Of a stretch of 64,000 nucleotides of DNA, positions 10,009-19,114 are shown one piece after another. Each line of letters starts with the position of its first letter. Positions within the stretch are counted from its first letter, which is position 1. Both the position numbers and the translations under genes were made by a program. The DNA lies in NCBI GenBank assembly GCA_964406315.1, contig CAYORG010000013.1, positions 365 through 64,364 on the forward strand, given 5' to 3'. Below the pieces are notes generated by a model. It made no database searches. It was not told the origin of the DNA and worked only from the letters and a program-made list of their open reading frames with translations. This DNA comes from an uncultured Bacteroidales bacterium (lineage in GTDB: Bacteria > Bacteroidota > Bacteroidia > Bacteroidales > UBA10428).

Positions 10009-10527
10009 ATGAACCGAAATGGAAAAGCCCTCATTATGGGATTGGGAAACGAAATCCTGACTGATGACGGAATAGGAATTAAGCTGGTTCGCGATCTGGA
10101 GAAACGAGTTCACAAATCCTCTTTCGACTTTAAGAATGCCAGTTGTGGAGGATTGGAAATTATTGAGATGATGGAGGGATATAAATCCATGATCATGATC
10201 GATGCCATTAAAACTTCCGGTGGTATACCGGGAAAGATCTATCATTTCACACCCAGCCACTTCCGGCAATCGATGCATGTTTCCAATTTTCATGATATTT
10301 CCTTTATTACGGCTCTGAAATTCGGCAGGGAGTCCGGTCTTAAACTTCCTGATCAAATAAACATAATAGCCATTGAAATAGTTGAGGCCATGACGTTCAG
10401 CGACCGATTGTCTTCAGCCTTGGAAAAAAAGTATCCTGAACTATTGAAAAAAGTTCAGAAGCTCATGTTAAATATTCTTCTATCAGCAAAAATTGGAATG
10501 TTATCCAATGAATTTGTTTTAACTTGA
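10009..10527 (+). CDS. Hydrogenase maturation endopeptidase (HyaD/HybD family)
   Basis: GLGNEILTDDGIG, MIDAI, HD motif; directly follows mvhA. Confidence 0.9.
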   Translation: MNRNGKALIMGLGNEILTDDGIGIKLVRDLEKRVHKSSFDFKNASCGGLEIIEMMEGYKSMIMIDAIKTSGGIPGKIYHFTPSHFRQSMHVSNFHDISFITALKFGRESGLKLPDQINIIAIEIVEAMTFSDRLSSALEKKYPELLKKVQKLMLNILLSAKIGMLSNEFVLT

Positions 10528-10702
10528 AGATCAGATAATAAATCAACCATCAGAATTCTCTGTTTATAAAAATGGCAAAAAAACAGGAAGAAGTTATGTT
10601 TTAATTAAATGAAAGAGCTTTGATGAAATTGTTAATTTTTATTATCTTTCAAAAAAACTCTGGACAGCTTGTTTAGATAGTATCAATTTAAAATTATAGA
10701 TC

Positions 10703-11143
10703 ATGTATTCAGTTAAAGACATACTAGAAGAAAAAGGCTATAAAGTTTATTCCATAGAACCGGAAGCCACAGTATATGAGGCGCTGAAAAAAATGGCTGG
10801 GAAAAATATCGGGGCATTGCTGGTTATAAAAGACAACCAGGTTGTCGGAGTATTCTCAGAACGTGATTATGCCAGAAAAATTATCCTGAAAGGAAAATCT
10901 TCAAAAGAATCCATTGTCGGAGAGTTATTGTCTGAGAGAATATTCTATGTGAAACCAACAGCCACAACTGACGAATGCATGCAAATCATGACAGACCACA
11001 GAGTCAGACATCTGCCGGTTATGGATGAAAAAAAGGTCGTTGGTATTGTTTCTATTGGTGATATTGTGAATAAGATCATACAAGGCCATACCCATACAAT
11101 AAAGCAACTTGAAGATTACATACTGGGTAAAACTTTACCTTAA
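10703..11143 (+). CDS. CBS-pair domain protein
   Basis: TVYEALKKM..NIGALLV...GVFSERDYARK and M...RVRHLPV...GIVSIGD. Confidence 0.9.
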   Translation: MYSVKDILEEKGYKVYSIEPEATVYEALKKMAGKNIGALLVIKDNQVVGVFSERDYARKIILKGKSSKESIVGELLSERIFYVKPTATTDECMQIMTDHRVRHLPVMDEKKVVGIVSIGDIVNKIIQGHTHTIKQLEDYILGKTLP

Positions 11144-11177
11144 TTTATCTGTGCCTTTGTGAAATAAAAGGTAACTT

Positions 11178-11205
11178 AAAGTCCCTTGTGGGACTTTATT
11201 TTTTG
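11178..11205 (+). terminator. Rho-independent terminator
   Basis: AAAGTCCC-TTGT-GGGACTTT followed by a T-rich tract. Confidence 0.65.
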
Positions 11206-11207
11206 TT

Positions 11208-11810
11208 ATGAATGTATCCATCATACTCGCTCATCCTTCAAAGAACAGCTTCAATCACGCTATAGCCAGCGCTTGCATCAAAATCCTTAAAGAGCGGGGA
11301 CATATAGTGAAGTTGCATGATCTGTACAGGGAAGAATTTGATCCTATACTCAATGCCGAAGAAATACCCATGGATGGCAAAACGGATAAAGTAATTGATA
11401 CATACTGTAATGAAATCAGAAAATGTGAAGGAATCATTGTTATTCATCCGAACTGGTGGGGACAACCTCCTGCAATTCTTAAGGGGTGGATTGACCGTGT
11501 ATTCAGACCTGGAATAGCATATGAATTCAGGGATGGAGATAAAGGAGAAGGAGTCCCGGTTGGATTATTGAATGCAAAAGCAGCAATAGTTTTCAATACA
11601 TCGGATACCAGCAGAGAAAGAGAAGAAAATATTTTTCTCGATCCCCTGGAAACCATCTGGAAAAACTGTATTTTTTACTTATGTGGTATCAAGAATTTCT
11701 ATCGCAAGATGTTCAGAGTTATGGTTACAAGTACAGAAGAAGAAAGGATATTGTGGTTGAAGGAAGTAGAAGATATAATGATACGGTATTTCCCTATTGA
11801 CACTATTTAA
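11208..11810 (+). CDS. NAD(P)H-dependent oxidoreductase, flavodoxin-2 fold (KefF/MdaB-like)
   Basis: ILAHPSKNSFNHAI, HDLYREEFDP, HPNWWGQPPAILKGWIDRV. Confidence 0.88.
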   Translation: MNVSIILAHPSKNSFNHAIASACIKILKERGHIVKLHDLYREEFDPILNAEEIPMDGKTDKVIDTYCNEIRKCEGIIVIHPNWWGQPPAILKGWIDRVFRPGIAYEFRDGDKGEGVPVGLLNAKAAIVFNTSDTSREREENIFLDPLETIWKNCIFYLCGIKNFYRKMFRVMVTSTEEERILWLKEVEDIMIRYFPIDTI

Positions 11811-11821
11811 TTTTATTGCAA

Positions 11822-11848
11822 ACCCTCCGGAAAAGAATTCCGAAGGGT
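11822..11848. terminator. Hairpin between convergent genes
   Basis: ACCCTCCGGAA / TTCCGAAGGGT stem with one mismatch. Confidence 0.5.
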
Positions 11849-11866
11849 AAAATCTCTTCATCCAGT

Positions 11867-13159
11867 CTAAAAGAAATAGTATACACTCAGAAGAGTCCTG
11901 AGATTTGCTACTGTTGTTGTACTTGAAGGTATAGAATTCAAATCATAACTGTTTTCATCACCAAAGCTGGCTGCTGTATATTCAAACTCCAAAGCCAGTC
12001 TTACTTTATTAATATTGTATAGTATTCTCGGGGAAATCCGTATCAGTGATTCAATATCGTAACCGAAACCAAATTTCGTATTATCAGCATCCGACATTTT
12101 CTCTTTTGTTCCAAGGTTCTTCAGGTAGCCTCCAAAAATACCAAACTGGATTTTTTCTCCATGGGTATGTACTTCTGCCCAAAAGGTAATGTTTTTAAAC
12201 GCTGTATAGGTTCTTTCTCCGGTTACATCATCCGTTACTTCCTTTACTGCGAATCCACTGACAGAAAGAACATCGGATATATTTTCACCATAACGCGCCT
12301 GCAATTTAATGGTAACAGGTTTTAATTGTATTTTGGTAAATGCCATTGCAGTTATTCCGCCAAGCTTTTCATTTACTTTATAGGTATATGATAAGGTGTC
12401 ATTTACTTCGATCGTTGAAGACAATCGTGGAACAATCGTTTTGTATGCTACCCCGGCACCAATTAAAAAGCTTGTTCCGGCATCTTCGTTCTTGGTTTTA
12501 TAATGAAGTTGCAAATGCATATCAGGTATGTCAGAATTTCTCAGGTACTCTGATGAAGCAGCATTTTTGTCGTTCCAGGTTGAATAATCTCTTTGCGACA
12601 GGGCTGCAAGTATTATTCTAAAATCGCCGACATTCTGGGTAAGCCTGACTTGTGGATTCCGGGCAAAAGATTGCAGAGGAGTACCTGTATTGAAGGAAAC
12701 GGTACCCGGATAACAATCGGTGACAAACAGAGGATTCCAGTACTGACCGGCCATCAACTCTGTGGTTTTCCAATTGAGTTTAATAAACGCATGCCTCAAT
12801 CGAAAGAGATTGATATTTGCATTTGTCTGGGCAAAGAAATCACCTTCAACAAGTGCCGATGTTTTTGCACCAAAAGCATCAGGTCCGGCAATTTTTCCCG
12901 TCAATCTGGATTGAACGGCAAGAAAATTAAAATTTGGCTTTGCATTGATGTCATCGCCGTATTCATCCTGAACTTCGGCACTTGGCCAGAAAAGAAAGTG
13001 TCCTTCACGTGCCGCAGTTACCTGTCTTGTGTCAAAAAAAAAGTCACTTTTTACATATCCTGAAAAGGAAATGCCGAATTTCTTTTCTTCCTGTGTATCC
13101 TGACTAAAAACAAGTAAGGCAGGAGTTATCAGAAAAAATGCAATAAGTATTTTTTTCAT
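11867..13159 (-). CDS. DcaP-like outer-membrane porin
   Basis: Signal peptide from MKKILIAFF (ATG at 13159, preferred over the TTG at 13204); SGYVKSDFFFDTRQ, SRLTG, VEGDFF, FRLRHAFIKL; C-terminal YFF. Confidence 0.7.
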   Translation of the reverse strand: MKKILIAFFLITPALLVFSQDTQEEKKFGISFSGYVKSDFFFDTRQVTAAREGHFLFWPSAEVQDEYGDDINAKPNFNFLAVQSRLTGKIAGPDAFGAKTSALVEGDFFAQTNANINLFRLRHAFIKLNWKTTELMAGQYWNPLFVTDCYPGTVSFNTGTPLQSFARNPQVRLTQNVGDFRIILAALSQRDYSTWNDKNAASSEYLRNSDIPDMHLQLHYKTKNEDAGTSFLIGAGVAYKTIVPRLSSTIEVNDTLSYTYKVNEKLGGITAMAFTKIQLKPVTIKLQARYGENISDVLSVSGFAVKEVTDDVTGERTYTAFKNITFWAEVHTHGEKIQFGIFGGYLKNLGTKEKMSDADNTKFGFGYDIESLIRISPRILYNINKVRLALEFEYTAASFGDENSYDLNSIPSSTTTVANLRTLLSVYYFF

Positions 13160-13424
13160 ATTTTTTATATTTGAATTTATAGTATGAATTGTTGTTGATC
13201 CCAATTGTTTGTAACAGATTTAGAAAGAATATTTATATGCTGTTTGAGCTGATTTGAATTTTGATCTTAGAGACCACCTTTGGCAATATTGCTTATTGCA
13301 GAAGCAAAGACCGAAAAAAGAGACTAAATATAAAGTTTATATTTTATTTGAAAGAATTCAGGATTTAGTTTTTTAATCTTATTTTTAAACCAGGATTGTG
13401 AATAACACTTAACCATTTTCTACT

Positions 13425-14123
13425 ATGAAAAAACCAGGGATCATCGGTGGTTTGGGACCGGAATCTACCAAACTGTATTACACAGAACTTATCGACAGGT
13501 ACCTGAACAGATCAGGTGGACAATTTCCTGAAATCATCATTTACAGTGTGGACATGTCCGAATTCAAAGCTTACCTGGGTAATAACGATCTGGATTCGGT
13601 AATTGGTTTGTTATCCAGGGCGGTCGATTCGCTGGCAAACGCCGGGGCCGATTTTGTTTCAATCGCTTCCAATACACCCCATATTGTGTTCGATCAGGTA
13701 AATGAAAATGCAAATGTCCCGATGATCAGCATTGTGCGAGAAAGCGCCAGGTACGCTGAAAAAGTAAGCAGGAATAAAAAAATCGGATTGCTTGGCACCG
13801 GATTCACAATGAAGGCAGATTTTTATCCTGCCCATTTTGCGAAATACGGAATGAAAATAATTGTTCCCGGCAACGACGACCAGGACTTTATCCATGAAAA
13901 AATATTTTCCGAACTGGTTGTTGGCATTGTGAAGGACAGCACAAAAAAAAGGTTTATTGATATTACCGAATCAATGATCGCTGAAAAAGCAATCGATTCC
14001 CTTGTACTTGGTTGTACGGAACTGCCATTGATCTTTGATCAAGACTATTTTGACATAAATTATATCAACACAGCAGATATCCATATTAATAGTATTATCG
14101 AATATTGCTTTAGAAAGAATTAG
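13425..14123 (+). CDS. Aspartate/glutamate racemase family protein (YgeA/RacX-like)
   Basis: GIIGGLGPEST..YY, GADF..IASNTPH, GLLGTGFTM, LGCTELP. Confidence 0.9.
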   Translation: MKKPGIIGGLGPESTKLYYTELIDRYLNRSGGQFPEIIIYSVDMSEFKAYLGNNDLDSVIGLLSRAVDSLANAGADFVSIASNTPHIVFDQVNENANVPMISIVRESARYAEKVSRNKKIGLLGTGFTMKADFYPAHFAKYGMKIIVPGNDDQDFIHEKIFSELVVGIVKDSTKKRFIDITESMIAEKAIDSLVLGCTELPLIFDQDYFDINYINTADIHINSIIEYCFRKN

Positions 14124-14248
14124 TATTTTTTCATTCGTTTAAAACTTTATAATTATTTGAAAATAAATTAATTAAAAATTCATGTTCGTTTCATAATAAA
14201 AATCTATTCCGGATATTCTCCTTTTCTCATTGAAAAAGGCCGGAAAGG

Positions 14249-15463
14249 ATGAATAAAAAATACATCATGAGGATAATACCCACTAAACTATTCTTCATCT
14301 GCCTCTTATTGTATTTCGTTAGTATAAACGAAAACCTGAAAGCTTGCACCAGCTTTGCCGTATACAGTAATTCGGGAACTATATATTATGGTATGAACTT
14401 TGATTATCAGCATGTTGAAATGAGATTTTCTATCGCAGAGAACAATGATCTTAAATATTTTCATCTCGAATTTAATAGTAATGGTTATTTTTCTTCCACT
14501 GTCGGTATGAACAGCAAAGGTTTGTTCTCTTCTTGTCAAATGTTATATCCGGAAGTCAATGAATGGCATTATCCCGGTGAAGATACCATACATATCGGTC
14601 AGTTATATTATCTATCCCTCACAAATACGGGTAGTGTTGATACAATTGTTGAATATCTTCAAATAACCGGCATGAAAGTCATTCATACCTACGGACTGAC
14701 TTTACACGATATATTTGCCGACACATCCGGCAATGCAATTGTACTTGAAGTTGGCAATCCTGACCCATTGATAACAGAAATTCAAAACCAGTTTCTGGTG
14801 ATGACAAATTTTCCAAATAGTGATTTTGAAGGACAACCCTATTATGAGGTTACAGGAGTTGGAGCAGACAGATACAAAGCAGCTTATGAATATATTGAGT
14901 CGAATATCGAAGATTTTAATTATGAGGATGCTTTTGAAACATTACAGCGCACAGTGCAATCGTCAGGTAGTTTTGCCACACAATGTTCTTTTGTATTCGA
15001 CCCTTTAAATCTGAATATATTCATAGTAATAGAGCGAAACTTTGACAAAATATGGAAAGTTGATCTGGAAAACAGCACCATTGAAACCTATTCCGGATTT
15101 GATAGCTATCACAACCTGGTAATAGATAGTCAGGGAGTATTAGCTTCAGATCTGGAAACTATCTTCACAAAATTAAATGCAACTTATAATACAGGAAAGA
15201 ATGCTATATCCTTCGCTTATCCAAATCCTTTTAATAACCACCTAAATATAGAATTTGAAATCGATGTTCCAGGTCATGTTATTCTGGATATTTATGATAT
15301 AAATGGACAGAAAATTCAGACCCTTATAGATGAGCATTACAATCATGGTTCCCATAATTGTATATGGCAACCTGAAAAAATAACTCCCGGAGTCTATTTT
15401 TACAATCTTATCACTGGTGTTAAAACAGAAACCGGGAAAATAATTTTCATAGAAAATTTATAA
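14249..15463 (+). CDS. Ntn-hydrolase (choloylglycine hydrolase/penicillin V acylase-like) with T9SS type-A C-terminal domain
   Basis: Signal peptide ending LKA|CTSF; GMNFD, MTNF, DRY catalytic-type residues; C-terminal AYPNPFN...IYDINGQKI...GVYFY...KII. Confidence 0.75.
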   Translation: MNKKYIMRIIPTKLFFICLLLYFVSINENLKACTSFAVYSNSGTIYYGMNFDYQHVEMRFSIAENNDLKYFHLEFNSNGYFSSTVGMNSKGLFSSCQMLYPEVNEWHYPGEDTIHIGQLYYLSLTNTGSVDTIVEYLQITGMKVIHTYGLTLHDIFADTSGNAIVLEVGNPDPLITEIQNQFLVMTNFPNSDFEGQPYYEVTGVGADRYKAAYEYIESNIEDFNYEDAFETLQRTVQSSGSFATQCSFVFDPLNLNIFIVIERNFDKIWKVDLENSTIETYSGFDSYHNLVIDSQGVLASDLETIFTKLNATYNTGKNAISFAYPNPFNNHLNIEFEIDVPGHVILDIYDINGQKIQTLIDEHYNHGSHNCIWQPEKITPGVYFYNLITGVKTETGKIIFIENL

Positions 15464-15573
15464 TTTTTTATACAAATTGTTATTCACGACCATATTTATT
15501 TAATTCATTCCGTAATGAATGAAATAAATACTGTTTTAACGCTTTGAAACCAAATGGAAAAATCCTGTTAACT

Positions 15574-16536
15574 ATGAAAAACATTCCTGTATTCGTTATT
15601 TTATTATTGACCATTAGCTTCGGTTACTCTCAAAATCCAATTATCACACATATGTACACGGCTGATCCGTCAGCGCACGTTTTCGAAGGCAGGATGTACC
15701 TCTATCCGTCCCATGATCGTGATTCAGCCCGCACATTCGATATGACCGACTGGCATGTATTTTCGTCAACCGACCTGGTCAACTGGGCTGATCATGGAGT
15801 GGCTCTTGCATTAAAAGACATAAAATGGGCAAGAAAGGAAGCATGGGCTCCGGATTGTGCTTATTATAACGGAAGATACTATTTCTACTATCCTACCGAC
15901 CAGGATTTTATCGGGGTAGCCGTTGGTGAAAATCCTGAAGGACCTTTTACTGATCCACTGGGAAAACCCCTGATCACAAGACAAACTCCGGGTGTTAAAG
16001 CTACACGCGATTTGATCGATCCATGTATATTTATTGACGATGATGGAACGCCTTACTTGTTCTTTGGTCAGAATGATGTAAATGCCGTGCGATTGAATGA
16101 CGATATGATTTCTTTTAATGATAGCATAAAAATCGTTAAGGGTACCAATGAATTCTTTGAGGCTGTATGGGTTCATAAATACAAGGACAACTATTATATG
16201 TCCTATTCAGGCAGGGCAAATGGCAAAAAAATTTACTACGGTATGGCAGATCACCCTCTTGGACCATACGAATACAAAGGAGTCATTCTGGATGAAGTGA
16301 ATAGTGGTACAAATCATCACTCGATTGTCGAGTACAAAGGACAATGGTACCTGTTCTACCACAATTCAGATCTGTTCCTGGAAAAAGAACCTTCTGATTC
16401 CGAAGAACTCCGGTACAGAGGATTCAGGAGGTCGGTGTGTGTTGATTATTTATATTACAACGAAGATGGCACAATAAAGGAAGTAATACCGACTAAAAAG
16501 GGAATACAGTCAGCTAATGTCGAACTGTTTTATTAG
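15574..16536 (+). CDS. GH43 glycoside hydrolase (beta-xylosidase/arabinofuranosidase)
   Basis: Signal peptide; NPIITHMYTADPSAH, WAPD, IDPCIFIDDDG, EAVW, TNHHSIVEYKGQWY. Confidence 0.9.
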   Translation: MKNIPVFVILLLTISFGYSQNPIITHMYTADPSAHVFEGRMYLYPSHDRDSARTFDMTDWHVFSSTDLVNWADHGVALALKDIKWARKEAWAPDCAYYNGRYYFYYPTDQDFIGVAVGENPEGPFTDPLGKPLITRQTPGVKATRDLIDPCIFIDDDGTPYLFFGQNDVNAVRLNDDMISFNDSIKIVKGTNEFFEAVWVHKYKDNYYMSYSGRANGKKIYYGMADHPLGPYEYKGVILDEVNSGTNHHSIVEYKGQWYLFYHNSDLFLEKEPSDSEELRYRGFRRSVCVDYLYYNEDGTIKEVIPTKKGIQSANVELFY

Positions 16537-16589
16537 CCACAGCTACTTTGGCTGCAAAGGGTCAATAAATAAAGTACTCTTTCTTTTAA

Positions 16590-16655
16590 ATTCCCAAACA
16601 ACAATAACCAAATCCCAATTAAGCTCCAATGATCAAACTCCAAATTTCAAAAATT
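16590..16655. repeat. Degenerate heptamer tract
   Basis: CTCCAAT GATCAAA CTCCAAA TTTCAAA, 7-nt period, G-poor. Confidence 0.45.
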
Positions 16656-16795
16656 GGTTGTTAAATCAATATCTGATCCTCATTTTCTTATTTTTCTCTA
16701 ATTAAGAGGTAAACTGGTGAATTGCGTTTCATAGAAAGTAAAAGCCTCAGAAAAAAGACGGCAGTTGAAACGCATTTTTCATCTTATCTCTTATT

Positions 16796-16841
16796 CCCGG
16801 TGCTTCACCCCGGGCTGAAATAATTTCGCCCCTTCAGGGCT
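16796..16841. repeat. REP-like double-hairpin element
   Basis: CCCGGTGCTTCACCCCGGG plus GCCC-CTTCA-GGGC: a GC-rich palindromic island in AT-rich intergenic DNA. A TGCGTTTCA/TGAAACGCA inverted repeat (16723-16774) lies just upstream. Confidence 0.55.
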
Positions 16842-16950
16842 TTTTATACCAAGGACTCATGGTTGCAACACGATCAAATTTTAATAGTGTATAATCGATT
16901 AACTGAAGTTATATAACAAATATTATGTCAGTTGATTAACTTCATTTCAT

Positions 16951-17060
16951 CGATTCACCGATTCACCGATTCACCGAATAATCATTTCCCAACAACCCAA
17001 CAACCCAGCAACAAGCAACCAACTCCAAACTCCAAACTTCTCCACCAACTCACCCAAAAA
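16951..17060. repeat. Octamer/heptamer microsatellite tract
   Basis: CGATTCAC x3, CCCAACAA x2 then CCCAGCAA, AACTCCA x2; strongly G-depleted on the + strand. Confidence 0.8.
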
Positions 17061-17185
17061 CATTCAACCTACTAATCTTTAACATTTCACGACCAATTTT
17101 TATCTCCTGAGCCGTCATAAAGATTCAGAGATATATAAAACAATTTTTAATTTTAGCATCAATTCAGAAAAAAATACTATGCATT

Positions 17186-18940
17186 ATGAAAAAATCAACC
17201 ACAGCGCTAGTGTTTATAATTGTTTGTCTTCTGCATGCTTTTATACTTTATTCACAACCAACAAATGAAGAAGACAGCGCCATCGCAACGGGTAATTATG
17301 TTATGCCGAATTGTCCGGATTGGGTTCATAATGCAGTGTTTTACCAGATCTATCCGCAAACATTTTATGATACCGATGGGGATGGAATTGGTGATTTAAA
17401 GGGTATTATAGAAAAGCTGGATTATGTGAAAAGTCTGGGTGTTGACGCGATATGGCTCAATCCTTTTTTTGAATCACCGTTTTGCGATGCAGGTTACGAT
17501 ATTTCCGATTATTATAAAGTAGCTCCACGTTACGGAACAAACGAAGATGCTAAAAAACTATTTGAAGAAGCCCATAAGCGGGGATTGCGTGTCATTTTTG
17601 ATTATGTTGTGAGTTACACTTCCATTGAACATCCCTGGTTTATTGAATCTGCCAGGCAGGATACCAACAAATACTCGAACTGGTATATCTGGAATGACAA
17701 TACCTGGAAGAATCCCCCCGATGTCTATAAAGATGCGTTTATAAAAGGGTATAGCCGGCGGAACGGACAGTTTATGAGAAATTTCTACTGGTGTCAGCCG
17801 GCACTCAATTTTGGTTTTGCCAAACCTGAAGAACCATGGATGCTTCCGGTTGACCATCCCGATATTTTAGCCCTGGGTGCTGAGTTAAAAAAGATGTTGC
17901 GCTTCTGGATGGACATGGGTGCAGATGGCTTTCGGGCCGATATGGCAGGAGCTCTGGTGAAAAATGCAAACATCAAAGGGAATGATCAATTCTTCAATGC
18001 CAAGGATGAAGCTACCAAACAATTCTGGCAGGAAATACGGAAGATTTTGGATGCAGAATATCCCGAAGCATTCATGATCGCCGAATGGTCGGGGCCGAAA
18101 GATGCACTCGACAATGCCTTTCATGCCGATTTTTTTCACTGGTTTGCAGGATATAATGATCTCTTTCAGAAGGAAAGCTGGCGAATATTGAATGGTTATT
18201 CTGAAGGACACAGTTTTTTTGATCAGCAGGGACAAGGGAATATCAAGAATTTCCTCGACAGCTATATGGAACAATATTCTGCAACAAAATCAATGGGATA
18301 CATTGTAATTCCTTTTGGCAACCATGACAATGCAAGGATCAATGTTAGAAGAACCCGGAAAGAACTTGAAATGATATATGCTTTTGGTATAACCATGCCG
18401 GGCATTCCTTTTATTTATTATGGAAACGAGATTGGCATGCGTCAGTTGTATGGACTTCCATATGTTGAAGGAGCATACAAACCACGCGCAGGGAATCGCA
18501 CACCCATGCAATGGACTCCGGGTAAAAACCTTGGATTTTCCACCGCCGAACCTGAGGATTTATACCTGCCGGTTGACGATGCTCCTGATGCGCCCAATGT
18601 GGCTGACCAGGAAAATGATCCAAACTCGTTACTGAATATTGTTCGCAAACTTATTGCATTAAAAAAGAGTGAGCCTGCCCTTGCCGGTTATGCAGAATTT
18701 GTTCCTGTGTATGCTAAAGAAAATACCTATCCTTTAGTCTATGTACGATCAAACGGCGATAATACAATACTTTGCATTTTTAATCCGGCCAACAGGACAG
18801 AAAAAGCTGATTTCACGCTGAATATTAAAAGCAAAAAACTCCGGTTGCTGGCAGGTGATACTCTGAAATTTTCAAACAAAGAGTATCATTATACCCTGGA
18901 AGTCCCTCCTGTAAGTTACGCTATTTATAAGTTTGAATAA
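17186..18940 (+). CDS. GH13 alpha-amylase family alpha-glucosidase/trehalose synthase-like enzyme, secreted
   Basis: YQIYPQTFYDTDGDGIGDLKG; catalytic triad contexts GFRADMA, AEW, NHD; RTPMQW; signal peptide. Confidence 0.9.
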   Translation: MKKSTTALVFIIVCLLHAFILYSQPTNEEDSAIATGNYVMPNCPDWVHNAVFYQIYPQTFYDTDGDGIGDLKGIIEKLDYVKSLGVDAIWLNPFFESPFCDAGYDISDYYKVAPRYGTNEDAKKLFEEAHKRGLRVIFDYVVSYTSIEHPWFIESARQDTNKYSNWYIWNDNTWKNPPDVYKDAFIKGYSRRNGQFMRNFYWCQPALNFGFAKPEEPWMLPVDHPDILALGAELKKMLRFWMDMGADGFRADMAGALVKNANIKGNDQFFNAKDEATKQFWQEIRKILDAEYPEAFMIAEWSGPKDALDNAFHADFFHWFAGYNDLFQKESWRILNGYSEGHSFFDQQGQGNIKNFLDSYMEQYSATKSMGYIVIPFGNHDNARINVRRTRKELEMIYAFGITMPGIPFIYYGNEIGMRQLYGLPYVEGAYKPRAGNRTPMQWTPGKNLGFSTAEPEDLYLPVDDAPDAPNVADQENDPNSLLNIVRKLIALKKSEPALAGYAEFVPVYAKENTYPLVYVRSNGDNTILCIFNPANRTEKADFTLNIKSKKLRLLAGDTLKFSNKEYHYTLEVPPVSYAIYKFE

Positions 18941-19114
18941 ACAGAGGATTTAATCACAGTGTAATCACGAATAAAAAGCAGGTTTGATTGCAAGTATTAA
19001 CTTCCAATAAAGTAATTACAATTAGTCACAATTATTATTCATAAGTTCAGCGTTTACAATACTCGTTGCCCCAAACTGTTATATTTCTGATGTATTAAAT
19101 ACAGTAAAATGATT

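Noticed and set aside
15574-18940. Polysaccharide utilisation locus
   Set aside because: GH43 and GH13 are present, but no susC/susD pair or sensor-regulator, and they are separated by a 650-bp repeat-rich spacer.
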